Positions 43,486 through 54,045 of a DNA stretch of 64,000 bases are shown here, piece after piece (position 1 is the first letter of the stretch; each line of letters opens with the position of its first letter). A program made the position numbers and the translations under genes. The DNA is taken from NCBI GenBank assembly GCA_963782055.1, contig CAWAIF010000003.1:2208001-2272000 (forward strand), written 5' to 3'. The DNA comes from an uncultured delta proteobacterium (GTDB lineage: Bacteria > Myxococcota_A > Polyangia > Polyangiales > Polyangiaceae). The notes under the pieces were generated by a model. The model was not told the DNA's origin and made no database searches. It was given only the letters and a program-made list of their open reading frames with translations.

Positions 43486-45033
43486 GTGACCACCGCATTG
43501 GCGCTGCTAAGGAGAGGTTACTTCCCGCGGGAGCTTCCTCCGCCCTTCACCACCGAGGGGTTCGCGGTGTTTGCGACCAACCCTGCCAATCGCGGGGCCC
43601 TGCCGGCACCCGGCAGGTGGAGTAGGTGTGTTCAACACAACCTCGCTCGGCCGGGCGGTCTCCGGCGTCCGCTCAAGATTCCAAATCCGAGGCATCACCT
43701 ACTTCTCGCAGAAGAGATCGAGGGTCAGTGGCCCGCCCTGCGCACGCACTTTCAACAGGCACGGCTGTCTGCCAGTAAGCCCATGGTCAGGCGAACGGTT
43801 GTGGATCGCGCGTTGGTTCCGCGTCTTTCGCTGCGCGCACTTACCCGACTCAGGGCGCGTCGTTTCGTCGGAGCCCGGTACTTTCTCCGGACGGACATCA
43901 ACCAGTTTTATCCATCGCTGTATACCCACAGCATTCCGTGGGCTCTGCATGGCAAGGCCTATGCGAAGGCACACATCAACCAGACACCTGGTGACGCCAT
44001 CGATCGTGCACTTCGTAACCAGCAGGACGGTCAGACGGTCGGGATTCCCATCGGCCCCGACTGCTCCCTGGTGGTTGCGGAAGTGGTGCTGACGGCGGTC
44101 GATGCGGCCCTTGCGCCGCGAGGACTTCGAGGCTTTCGGCATGTCGACAACTATGAGTTCGGCTTTCCAACGCTCGCGGACGCCGAGGCGGCCCTGACCG
44201 ACCTTCAGGGCCTTCTGGCGCAGTACGAGCTGAGTCTCAACCCGCGAAAGACGAGGATCGTCGAAGGTCCTATTCCCTTCGATGAGCAGTGGGCAATCGA
44301 GCTCGGCCACTTTCCGGTTCGCCGTGGGACGCCAACGCAGGAGCTCAACGACGCTGCGGCGTTCTTCAGTCGCGCGTTCCAGCTGGCGAAGGAGCATCCG
44401 CAGCAGGCTGTCTTGCGATTTGCGCTAATTGCGGCACAGCGCTGGATGTTCTTACATGACGGATGGTGGACATTCCAGGGGCTGTTGTTCAATGCGATGA
44501 CCGCGGATCCCGCGACGATCCCCGTTGCGGTCGTGCTATTGGAGCGCCACGTGGTGGCAGGACGCGTCGTGAACAGGACGCCCGCTCGTACGACCATCGA
44601 GTCCACAATCGCGCGACACGCGCCGCTCGGACACGGGAGCGAGGTCGCGTGGGCCCTTTGGATGGCGATACAGTTCGACATTGACCTATCGGCAGACACG
44701 GCGACGGTCGTCTCACAAATGGAGGACGACATCGTGGCGCTTCTCGCGCTGGACGCCAGTGTGCGCGGCAGATTTTCGCCCGGCGCGCTTGACACTGCGG
44801 CATGGGCTGCGCTCGCAGCGCTACCGAACGCGCTCGAAGACGAACACTGGCTGCTGGCATACGAGGCGAATCGCAAGGGGTGGTTGCAATGCGCTGCGGT
44901 AGCCACAGACGGGTTCTTCAGCCAGCTGGAGCAGCACCGCATCAGCTTCTACGACCCCGCCCGCCGTCTCACGAGCTTCACGGGGCCCGCAGCGGCGGTC
45001 CCAGGTGGCGGCTTGGGGCCGGGTTACGCGTGA
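43486..45033 (+). CDS. UG/Abi-class defence-type reverse transcriptase with helical C-terminal domain; active-site motif reads HVDN
   Basis: GYFPRELPPPF, IPNP, DINQFYPSLYTHSIPWA, GIPIGPDCS, RHVDNYEF, LNPRKT. Confidence 0.88.
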   Translation: MTTALALLRRGYFPRELPPPFTTEGFAVFATNPANRGALPAPGRWSRCVQHNLARPGGLRRPLKIPNPRHHLLLAEEIEGQWPALRTHFQQARLSASKPMVRRTVVDRALVPRLSLRALTRLRARRFVGARYFLRTDINQFYPSLYTHSIPWALHGKAYAKAHINQTPGDAIDRALRNQQDGQTVGIPIGPDCSLVVAEVVLTAVDAALAPRGLRGFRHVDNYEFGFPTLADAEAALTDLQGLLAQYELSLNPRKTRIVEGPIPFDEQWAIELGHFPVRRGTPTQELNDAAAFFSRAFQLAKEHPQQAVLRFALIAAQRWMFLHDGWWTFQGLLFNAMTADPATIPVAVVLLERHVVAGRVVNRTPARTTIESTIARHAPLGHGSEVAWALWMAIQFDIDLSADTATVVSQMEDDIVALLALDASVRGRFSPGALDTAAWAALAALPNALEDEHWLLAYEANRKGWLQCAAVATDGFFSQLEQHRISFYDPARRLTSFTGPAAAVPGGGLGPGYA

Positions 45034-45079
45034 TCGGGCTCATGCATGCTCGGCACCGGAGGGCTGGGTTGTCGTCGCG

Positions 45080-48000
45080 ATGACCCCCTCCACCCGCTCC
45101 GTGCTCGGCACGCTCAGCAAGCTCCGGCTCGCCGAGCTCGCCCGCGCGCTCTCCGTGCCGCTCGGGCCGTCCGATACGCGCGATCGCCAGCTGGAGGCGC
45201 TCCTCCGTCACGGGATCCACCTGACCGACGTGCTCCCCCGCCTCGGGCGCGACGAGCTTCGCGAGGCGTGCGCCGCGCACGACCTGCCCACCGACGTGCG
45301 CGCCCGCGCCGAGCTCGCCCGCCGGCTGCTCGAGGCGTACGCGCCCGGCCAGAGCTCTCCGCCGCTCCCCGGAGAAGGCCCCGCGGAGCCGGCGCGCCTC
45401 GCGCGCGGCGCCGTCGTGCTCGCCCGGCATCGCCGCTGGCTCGTCACCGACGTCGAGCCGGGCGCCGACCATGACGACATGACCCGCGTGTCCCTGGTGT
45501 GCCTGGACGACGACGCGCAGGGCCGCACCGCGGAGGTGCTCTGGGAGCTGGAGCTCGGCGCGCGCGTCCTCGCCCCGGAGGCGTCAGGCCTGGGCGCGCC
45601 CTCCCGACTCGACGATCCGGAGGCGCTCGCCGCGTACCTGCACGCGCTCGCCTGGAACACCGTGACCGCGACGGACGGCCGCCTCTTCCAGTCACCCTTC
45701 CGCGCGGGGATCCACCTGAAGGACTACCAGCTCGCGCCGCTCATGAAGGCGCTGGAGTTGCCGCGCGCCAACCTCTTCATCGCCGACGACGTCGGCCTGG
45801 GCAAGACCATCGAGGCGGGGCTGATCATCCAGGAGCTGCTGCTCCGCCAGCGCATCGACTTCGTGCTGGTCGTGTGTCCCGCCGCGGTGACCACGCAGTG
45901 GAAGGCGGAGATGGAAGCGCGCTTTGGCCTCCGCTTCGAGATCTACGATCGCGGCTTCGTCGCGCGCCGGCGGCAGGAGCGCGGCTTCGGCGTCAACCCG
46001 TGGGCCACGCACTCGCGCTTCATCGTCTCCTACCAGACCTTCCGGCGGCCGGAGCATCGCGAGGCGCTCCGCGCGCTCTTCCCCGGGGACGGGCGGCGCC
46101 TGCGCTCCATGCTGCTGCTCGACGAGGCGCACACCGTCGCGCCCGCCTCCGGCTCCCGCTGGCCCGCCGACTCCGAGATCACCCGCGCTGTGCGCGATCT
46201 GGCGCCGCGCTTCGAGCACCGCCTCTTCCTCTCCGCCACCCCGCACAACGGCCACTCCAACAGCTTCGCCGCGCTCCTCGAGCTGCTCGATCCGCAGCGG
46301 TTCCTGCGCGGAGAGCGGGTGACCGATCCGGCGCGCCTCGTGCCCGTGATGGTGCGGCGGCTCAAGACCGATCTGCCCAAGGGCGACTTCCCCACGCGCA
46401 CCGTGCAGCCCATCGGCGTGGCGGGGACGTTCGAGGAGCAGCTCGCCATGCTCCTCGCCGAGTACACCGCGCTCGCCGCGCCGTCGAAGGCCAGGGGCCG
46501 CCTCGCCTTCGTCACCCTGCAAAAGCGACTGCTCTCCAGCGTCTACGCGTTTGCCAGGACGCTGGAGAAGCACGCCGAGCACCGGGCCGCCGGCGCGGGC
46601 GGCGTCGCGCCGGCAGGCGCCTCGACAGAAGACGACGAGGACGCGCCGGCGGAGGCAGCGGACGCCCGCGAAGAAGCCGACGTCGCGCACGAATCGGCGA
46701 GCCTGGCCGCGCCCACCGGCCACGTCGCCGAGCTGCTCGCGCGCATGCTCGATCTCGCGAGCGCCCACCGCCTGGATCCCGACGCGAAGGTACGCGCGCT
46801 GGTCGCCTGGATGCAGAGGAACCAGTGCCCTGGCGTCGCGCTCGGCGGCGGCTCGCGCGCGAGGTGGACCGACGAGCGGCTCCTCATCTTCACCGAGTAC
46901 GGCCACACCAAGGACTACCTCCTCAAGCTGCTGCGCACCGCCGTGGCCGGCACCGACCGCGACGACGAGCGCATCGGCGTCTTCGACGGCGGCATGAGCG
47001 ACGACGACCGCCGCGCGGTGAGCGCCGCCTTCACCGGCAATCCCGCCGCGTACCCGCTGCGCGTGCTCGTGGCGACCGACGCCGCGCGCGAGGGCGTCAA
47101 CCTGCAGGGCAAGTGCCGGATGCTGGTGCACTTCGACGTGCCCTGGAACCCCGCGCGCATGGAGCAGCGCAACGGCCGCATCGACCGCATGAAGGGCGCG
47201 AAGGAGGTGACGTGCGCCTACTTCGTCTACGCCAACCGCCGCGAGGACAAGGTCCTTCACACCCTGGTGGAGAAGACGGAGCGCATCCGCACCGAGCTCG
47301 GCTCCCTCGGCGCCGTGGTCGCGACGCGCATGGCGGAGCGCCTCCAGAAGGAAGGCATCACCGACAAGACGGGCGCCGCGCTGGAGGAGGACGAGGCGCA
47401 GGAGCAGCTCTTCGCCGCGCCCGTCGCCAACGAGCTCGAGCGCGTGCGCAAGGGACGCGACGTGCAGCTGGAGATCGCCGAGGCGCGCAAGCGGCTGGAC
47501 GAGTCGCGACGTCGCCTGCTGGTGCGCCCGGAGCTGCTGCGCGAGGTCGTCGACGTGGGCCTGCGCCTCGCGGGCGCGGAGCCCCTCGCGCGCGCGCCGT
47601 CGCCCAAGGAGGAGCCGGAGCTCGCGTGCTTCACCGTCCCGCCCATGCCGCCGGCGTGGGAGGCGACGCTCGACACGCTCCGTCCGCCGCGGGAGAAGGA
47701 CGAGGCGCCGTGGGAGTGGCGCAAGCGCCCGCTGCTGCGCGTGACCTTCACCCCGCCGGAGGAGCTGGCCACCCCCGTCGTGCACCTGCACCTCTCCCAT
47801 CCCTTCGTGGAGCGCCTCCTCGGTCGCTTCCGCGCGCAGGGCTTCTCCGCGCACGATCTCTCCCGCGTCACCGTGCTCCGCGATCCGTACGCCAGCCGCG
47901 TGCGCGTGGTGGGCATCGGGCGCCTCTCCCTGTTCGGCGCGTCGGCGGCGCGCCTGCACGAGGAGCTGGTGCGCGTCGCCGGCGTGTGGAACGAGGCGAC

Positions 48001-48502
48001 CGACGCGGTGGAGGTCTTCGCCCCCGACTCGCGCGACGAGCAGGAGGCGCTCGCCGATCTGGACAAGATCCTCGCCGAGCCCCGCGCGCCGCGGCACGTG
48101 GAGGCCTCGCGCGTGCTGCGCGCCGCGCCCGCGCTCTTCGGCAGCCTGTGGCGGGAGATCGCCAAGGACGCCGACGCCCAGGGCCAGCGCGCGCGGGAGC
48201 TCCTCCGCCGGCGCGGCGAGGACGAGGCGGCGGCGCTGCGGGCGATCCTCGCGCGGCAGCTCGATCACGCGACCGAGCTGCTCGAGGGGCAGCAGCTCAC
48301 CCTCGGCTTCGACGAGAAGGCGCTCAGCCCGTACGAGAAGGCGCAGCTCGATCGCGACCGGGAGTGGCTCCGGAGGAGGCGGGAGGCGATCCGGGCGGAG
48401 CGGGAGACGGAGCCCGCGGCGATCGAGGGGAGCTACCGGGTGGAGCTGGAGAGGAGCGAGCCGGTGGCCCTGGTGGTGATGTGGCCGGAGACGGCGGGGT
48501 AG
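45080..48502 (+). CDS. drmD: SNF2-family helicase, DISARM DrmD-like
   Basis: CLDDDAQG, FQSPFRAGI, ADDVGLGKT, DEAH, SATPHNGHSNSF, QRNGRIDR. Confidence 0.8.
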   Translation: MTPSTRSVLGTLSKLRLAELARALSVPLGPSDTRDRQLEALLRHGIHLTDVLPRLGRDELREACAAHDLPTDVRARAELARRLLEAYAPGQSSPPLPGEGPAEPARLARGAVVLARHRRWLVTDVEPGADHDDMTRVSLVCLDDDAQGRTAEVLWELELGARVLAPEASGLGAPSRLDDPEALAAYLHALAWNTVTATDGRLFQSPFRAGIHLKDYQLAPLMKALELPRANLFIADDVGLGKTIEAGLIIQELLLRQRIDFVLVVCPAAVTTQWKAEMEARFGLRFEIYDRGFVARRRQERGFGVNPWATHSRFIVSYQTFRRPEHREALRALFPGDGRRLRSMLLLDEAHTVAPASGSRWPADSEITRAVRDLAPRFEHRLFLSATPHNGHSNSFAALLELLDPQRFLRGERVTDPARLVPVMVRRLKTDLPKGDFPTRTVQPIGVAGTFEEQLAMLLAEYTALAAPSKARGRLAFVTLQKRLLSSVYAFARTLEKHAEHRAAGAGGVAPAGASTEDDEDAPAEAADAREEADVAHESASLAAPTGHVAELLARMLDLASAHRLDPDAKVRALVAWMQRNQCPGVALGGGSRARWTDERLLIFTEYGHTKDYLLKLLRTAVAGTDRDDERIGVFDGGMSDDDRRAVSAAFTGNPAAYPLRVLVATDAAREGVNLQGKCRMLVHFDVPWNPARMEQRNGRIDRMKGAKEVTCAYFVYANRREDKVLHTLVEKTERIRTELGSLGAVVATRMAERLQKEGITDKTGAALEEDEAQEQLFAAPVANELERVRKGRDVQLEIAEARKRLDESRRRLLVRPELLREVVDVGLRLAGAEPLARAPSPKEEPELACFTVPPMPPAWEATLDTLRPPREKDEAPWEWRKRPLLRVTFTPPEELATPVVHLHLSHPFVERLLGRFRAQGFSAHDLSRVTVLRDPYASRVRVVGIGRLSLFGASAARLHEELVRVAGVWNEATDAVEVFAPDSRDEQEALADLDKILAEPRAPRHVEASRVLRAAPALFGSLWREIAKDADAQGQRARELLRRRGEDEAAALRAILARQLDHATELLEGQQLTLGFDEKALSPYEKAQLDRDREWLRRRREAIRAERETEPAAIEGSYRVELERSEPVALVVMWPETAG

Positions 48503-48964
48503 CTAGAGCCCCCTCGACTCTGCGGCGCGCAGCGCCGCGGCCGTCAGTCACAAAACGCACAGCCCCGACACCGCGTCCGGCGCCGGGGCCCATGCCCATT
48601 AAAATTTGCTCGCCGTGGTACTTGCCGTTTTGCGTTTCGTTGCTTTGGCTTGATAAATGGCGTTGCGGATGTGTTCGGGTGTGCGTCCTGAGGGTTGGAG
48701 TGCAGCGGGCCCCCCGCTGCCTAACAACGCAGTCAAGGCCTCAAGCATGGCAGCATCCGCCGCGCCGCGCAAGGGGAGATTCTGCCCGAAAAGCGGGGCC
48801 CTCTCCCGCCGGGCTGTTCGGTACGACGAAACGCTTCGGGGCACCACTGACGACGCGGCACTGATCAGCACCCAGGGCGGCAAATTGTGCCCTCGACCTT
48901 CAACCCACGGCTCGCAAGGGCGGCCAACCAACCGGTCGTCCTTCTGCCACGTCCCGCAGCGCAC

Positions 48965-51243
48965 CAGAGTTCGGCATGGCCTCTCACCCGATCTGGGCTC
49001 GAAGCCTGAGCCGGCGGCGTCTTGAATCGCCGGGCAGGGTGAGCTTCTGGCGGTTGATGGCGGCGAGCAGCTCGCCAAAGGCGGCGTGCTCCAGCGCAGT
49101 GCCGGCGGGCGCCAGGTCGACGGCGATGGTGCGTAGTCCGACGCGTACTCGGCCAGGCGCGGCAAGCAGGTTGGCCAGCGTCTTCTTCGCCTCCGTCGGG
49201 CGGGGCAGGCGCGAGCCCAGCAACGCAGCGAGGTCAGCCTCGGCGTTCGCGCACGCGATTCTCAGCGTGTCGAGCACGGTCTTGCTCCCGCTCTCGTGAC
49301 GTCGGAGCTTTCCGGCGAGCTCGGTGTCGCACAGCGGCGCGTGCTTGGGCGTCGTCGGCCGCTGCTCTTCGAGCTGGCGCTGCAACGCGATGGCATCCTC
49401 GAGGTCGCGCTCGATTCGCGCCCGTCGCCGGTCCTCGTCGGGGAGCTGCGCGAGCAACCGCCGCGCGTCGCCCTCGCGGATGCATGCGACGCGCATCGCG
49501 CGATCGAGTCGGCGCCGCGCCGGGTTGGGCACGATCGTGTCAGGGAGGTACGCGATGGTCTCGCGCCGGTCGAGCTGGTTGATGCCCCAGCGCTCCACCC
49601 CGTGCTTGAAGCCGTTCTCCTGCCGCCAGCGACCACGCATGATCTCGATGAGGCGCGTGGCGTCGCAGGTGGAGACGGCGAGCAGATTGACCTGGCGGCC
49701 GTCGGCCTCCCGCACCGCGATGCGACGCACACGGCCACGTCCGGCGCCCAGGTTGATCTGCGACTCGACGTAGCGCACGTCGTCGTCCTCGCCGACGTGT
49801 GCGCTCTCGGTGAAGGCGGACTCGGCCAGCTTGGGGAAGGGACGTCGCTCGTAGGTCACCAGCTCGAAGCCCGCGTCGCGCAGCCGCGCCATCGACTCCG
49901 CGAAGGAGCCCGCGCGATCGAACGCGAGCAGCACGCGCTCGCCGTCGCCCACCACACGACGAAGTACTCGTGCGATCGGCGCGAGCCACTGCGTGAGCGA
50001 GTCGTGGGATGCGACGTCGACGCGGAAGAGCGGCCGGCCGTCCTCATCGTGCACGTAGTAGTCCGTGATTCCGGGGCAGACACGCTTGTCCTGCATGCGC
50101 CAGCCTCGCCGGATGACCTGCTTGCCCGTGTACGGCCGGAGGTGGTTGTCGACGTAGTAGACGCCGCGCTCTGCGGCGCGCGGCGCGCGCAGGTACCGAC
50201 CGAGCATGGCGACGTGAAACCGCACGGCGCCGAGCTGCTCGGCGAATCTCGCCATCGTCCGGCGCACGCTCCGCGGCGACGGGCACGCGGTGGCCCGCAG
50301 CAACACGGCCGACGTCGGCGTCGCAATCCGTCGTACGCCTTCGACGCAGCGCTGCCCGAGCGTGAGTGAGATGGCCGCCGCATCGAGCGCGACGCGCGTC
50401 GTGTGACCTTCCATTCGCCCCGCAGTTGCGCGCGCCGCCGCGTCGTAGAGCCCGAGCTTCGCCAGCGTCGCGAGCATCAGCCACGTGCCCGCGTGCTGCA
50501 CGTACGCGCTGCTCCGCACGACCTCGTCTGCGACCGGCTCCGGCGGCGGCGGCTTGGGTCGCACGGCCATGCGCTTGATGCCCGGCAGCGGCAGCGTCTG
50601 CTCCCGCTCCGCCGCCGCCTCGTCAGCCGCACGCTTCGCACGCTCCGCTTCGCGCTTCTTGCTCCACGCCGTGTGCACGTGCCCGACGGTGCTGTAGCCG
50701 AGACCGCGGACCTTCTTGTGCGCCGCCTCGATCGTCAGCCCGGCGTCGAAGAGCGCCTCGAGCGCCGCGCGCTTCTTGGGCGTCACCTTCGGCGGCCGAC
50801 CGTTGCGCGCCGGCGTCACGAGCGCCGCCATCCCCTCCCGCTCGTACTTGCGCCGAAGCTCCCGCATCCGCTCGCTCGAGATGCCGAACGCCTTCGCCAT
50901 CCTCCCGAGATGCGTCCTCGGCTCTGCCGCGAGCGTCACAATCAGCACGTTGCGGCTCGTCACGTCATCGCTCGTGAACATCCCGACGAGCACCCCGCCC
51001 ACGAACACCTCACGACGGTCGCCGTGGTCCACCACGCACGCCCTGTCGGAGAACCACCGGATGTGGCCCTGCTGGCCATCGTCGGGTAGTGTCTTCTGCC
51101 CCATCGCCTCCGTCTTCATCGCCTCTGTCAGACGGCGAAGCCAGACGAAAATTCACCGCCCCTTCACAGAGAAGCCGGAACCCTCCAAGTCGCGGAAATC
51201 AGCCGCCACGGGCGATCATGCAGTCAGGTCGTGCCGAACTCTG
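48965..51243 (-). mobile_element. DDE insertion sequence copy 2, 2279 bp; transposase 48984-51119
   Basis: Same IRs and length as 23178-25456; only a few substitutions seen. Confidence 0.92.
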
Positions 51244-51612
51244 GCACTCCGGGCACACCGGCACCGCCTCCCGCGCGAAGAGCGCGGCGAGGTACGGCTC
51301 GAGGTCGGCCATGGTGGCGAGGGTGGAGCGGCTGGACTTGATGGGCGCGCGGCGGTCCACCGCGACCGTGGCGGCGACCGGCTCGAGCGAGTCGATGGGC
51401 GGTCGCTCCAGGCGCTCCAGGAACTGCCGCGCGTACGGGGAGAAGCTCTCGACGAAGCGCCGCTGCCCCTCGGCGTAGAGCGTGTCCATCGCGAGCGACG
51501 ACTTGCCCGCGCCGCTCGGCCCGGTGACGGCGACGAGCTCGCCGGCCCGGAGGTCCAGGTCGACGGAGCGGAGGTTGTGCGTGCGGGCGCCGCGGAGGCG
51601 GATGGGGTGCAT
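51244..51612 (-). pseudogene. uvrA: uvrA 5' fragment copy (about 134 codons together with the 23146 stub)
   Basis: Near-identical to 16185-16553, including about 50 nt of upstream sequence. Confidence 0.93.
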
Positions 51613-52029
51613 CGGGGGAGGGGGGCAGGCAGTATGCGCATCCGGGGGGCGGATGGCGAGGGGGGGGGTGGCCCCTCCGGGCGCCATGCTCGGGCTCGTG
51701 CTCGCCCGCGCGCAGGCCCACGGTGAGGAGCGGGGGCAGCGCGGTGGGCCTGCACGCGGGCTTGCGCGCGAGCCCTGCGCGTGGCGCCCCTCCCCTCGAT
51801 GTCGCGCTCGCGCGCGCCATCGGGGAGGCTGATCGGCTGGACGCGGCGGACCTCGGCGCGGGAACTGAGTGGGCGGGGCCCTCCTCCGATTTCGTCGAAC
51901 GCGTGTGGGCGTCGCGAGGGGGCTTCGTGCGGTGCCACGCCGGGCGGGCGGAAGGATCGCGCCAGCCTTCCTGGTGCGCGTGCGGGATGCGTCACTGCGG
52001 CTGTCACGCTCCTTCCGCCATGGGAGGGC

Positions 52030-52398
52030 ATGGCACCGCACGAAGCCCCCTCGCTCTTTCTCCTTCACACGTACGCGCGTTCGATGCGCACGGGACCCAC
52101 GCGGTCGGAGGCGATCATGTGGCGGGCGCTGCGGGGGCGGCGGGTTTGTGGGGTGAAGTTCCGGCGGCAGCACGTGCTCGCGGGGAACTACATCGTGGAC
52201 TTCGTGGCGCTGAGCGAGCGGCTGATCGTGGAGGTGGACGGCGGGGTGCACCGGGAGCCGGAGCGGGCGGCGGCGGATGCGGCGCGGCAGCGGGTGCTGG
52301 AGGGGCTCGGGTACCGGGTGATGCGGGTGGCGGCGGAGCTGGTGGAGCGAGACGTGGGCGCCGCGCTCGCCCGGGTGCGCGCGGCGCTGGGGCGGTGA
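52030..52398 (+). CDS. DUF559 (Vsr-like) endonuclease-domain protein
   Basis: [30 protein letters not shown]. Confidence 0.88.
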   Translation: MAPHEAPSLFLLHTYARSMRTGPTRSEAIMWRALRGRRVCGVKFRRQHVLAGNYIVDFVALSERLIVEVDGGVHREPERAAADAARQRVLEGLGYRVMRVAAELVERDVGAALARVRAALGR

Positions 52399-52499
52399 CG
52401 CCGGCGGTGGATCTCGTGGACAGGCCCGCCGATATTGGCGGCGTGAGCCGCCGATATTGGCGAGGGGAGGTGGCGGGGGACCGCTGCCGCGGGCCTCGC

Positions 52500-52880
52500 A
52501 CTTTCGCGGTGGACGTGCAGAGGTGCCCGGAGTGCGAGGGCCGCATGAAGCTCGTGGCGATGGTGCAGGAGCCGCGGGGGATCCGGAGGTTCCTCGAGGG
52601 GCTCGGCGCGCCGCACGAGGTCCCGCCGCGCGCGCCGGCTCGCGCTCCTCCTTACTACCGCAGCGCCGTCATCCGCCGCATCGCCGGCGCCCTCGTCGCC
52701 GCCTGACGCTCGCACGGGGCAGGGTCCGGTGCGCGCGCGGGGCGAAAATCGCTCCGTGAGCGTCCCCATCGAGACCGCAAGGGCCACGATGGGGGACGTT
52801 CGCGCCCACCCCCGAGCCGCCGCGAGCCGGCTCCAGACGTGTGGGCCCCATGGAAAACCGCGCTTGAATCGCCTGCTCCT
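52500..52880 (+). mobile_element. IS91/ISCR-like 3' remnant: transposase C-terminus plus oriIS-like end
   Basis: [19 protein letters not shown]...[33 protein letters not shown] about 150 nt after the stop. Confidence 0.7.
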
Positions 52881-53059
52881 GGTGGCGGCGAGGGTCGCGA
52901 CGACGACGAGGTCGGCGGTCCGGACGTCCCCGGCGCGGTGCGCGTAGAACTCGTAGACCGCCGTCTTGTGGTTGGCGGAGGTGGTGTTGTCGTCGGCGAG
53001 CGCCGCGTTGGCGCCTCCTCCCGCTCCCACTCTCGGTCCCGGTCGGCAGGGCTGTCCCG

Positions 53060-53482
53060 TCAGTCGCCGTCGGCGTCGGTGGTGGCATCGGAGCCGGCGT
53101 CGGCGGCGGCATCCGGTCCCGCGTCCGCGCCCGCGTCGACGCCGGAGCACAGGTCGTTCGTCACCTGGACGGACGAGAACCCCATGCTCGGGCACTGCAC
53201 CGTGACGGGCGCGCCGCCGTCGCACGCGCAGAAGGCGACCTCGCTGAAGCAAGCGTTCTCCGGGTCGTTCTGGCAGGTGGCCTGCGCGTTCGGGGCGCAG
53301 TCTCCGATCTGGAACTCGCAGGTCTGGCCGGGCGCGCAGTCGGTGATGGACGAGCACGGCGTGCCGACGGCCGGCGCCGCCTCGACCGCGGCGTCGTGGT
53401 TGTCGAACTGGCTGCCCGGGTCGTCACAGGCCGTGACGGCGACGCCGAGGACCGCAAGAAGCTGGAGGGAGCGGATGATCAT
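53060..53482 (-). CDS. Small Cys-rich lipoprotein B
   Basis: Leader ending VTAC; ATGA overlap with the upstream gene. Confidence 0.7.
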   Translation of the reverse strand: MIIRSLQLLAVLGVAVTACDDPGSQFDNHDAAVEAAPAVGTPCSSITDCAPGQTCEFQIGDCAPNAQATCQNDPENACFSEVAFCACDGGAPVTVQCPSMGFSSVQVTNDLCSGVDAGADAGPDAAADAGSDATTDADGD

Positions 53483-53856
53483 CTCTGGATCGCCGCACAT
53501 CCTGAGTACCTAGGGTCCCCGTATTCGCAGACCCCGTCGCGATGACAGCAGCCCCAAGCGTGAATACCCTCGTTGTAGTGATCATAGAGACATTGAGACG
53601 GCTCAGGACAATAGATGGCACTCAAGCGCGGCGTACTCCCAGTCACCGTTCCAGCGTCGTCGCACCCGTCGACCAGGCCACGAGTCACGTCACACCAGTC
53701 CAGCACGCGCCCCGCGTCCCCTGCAGCCTCGGCGTCGGCCGGGCCGCCGTCAGGCCCGATCCCGGCAGCGGCGTCGGCGCTCCCCACGTCGATCCGGCCC
53801 CCGCAGCCGATCGCGCAGACCGTCACCGCGACCGCCACTGCTCTTCTCAGGGGCAT
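53479..53856 (-). CDS. Small Cys-rich lipoprotein A', paralogue of 54045-54413
   Basis: Leader ending AIGC; shares VLDWCDVTRGLVDGCDDAG. Confidence 0.7.
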   Translation of the reverse strand: MPLRRAVAVAVTVCAIGCGGRIDVGSADAAAGIGPDGGPADAEAAGDAGRVLDWCDVTRGLVDGCDDAGTVTGSTPRLSAIYCPEPSQCLYDHYNEGIHAWGCCHRDGVCEYGDPRYSGCAAIQR

Positions 53857-54045
53857 CCGTCGCCTCGCTGCGACGAGATCACCTCGTTGCTGGCGTTGAG
53901 CACGCGCGCGGCGGTCGAGCGGTACAGGCAGGTGTCGTCGCCTCCGTCTGCGGAGCGACGTCCGACGGTTGCTGTCGAACTGGCTGCCCGGGTCGTCACA
54001 CGCCGTGACGGCGAGGAGGAGAGCGAGGCAAGCGAGGAAGCGGCT
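53847..54045 (-). pseudogene. Junction of a lipoprotein B 5' fragment and a copy of the last about 35 codons of the S53 gene
   Basis: AVTACDDPGSQFD (54045-53972) then ADGGDDTCLYRSTAARVLNASNEVISSQRGDGCP (53955-53847). Confidence 0.8.

Larger units (their letters stand above)
23178..51243. mobile_element. Composite-transposon-like structure, about 28 kb
   Basis: Two directly repeated IS copies with outer 6-bp duplication GCACTC (23172-23177, 51244-51249) that rejoins contiguous uvrA sequence. Confidence 0.85.

Noticed and set aside
48503..48964. Possible gene between the helicase and IS copy 2
   Set aside because: The overlapping ORFs have no recognisable motif, and the longer one starts inside the IS
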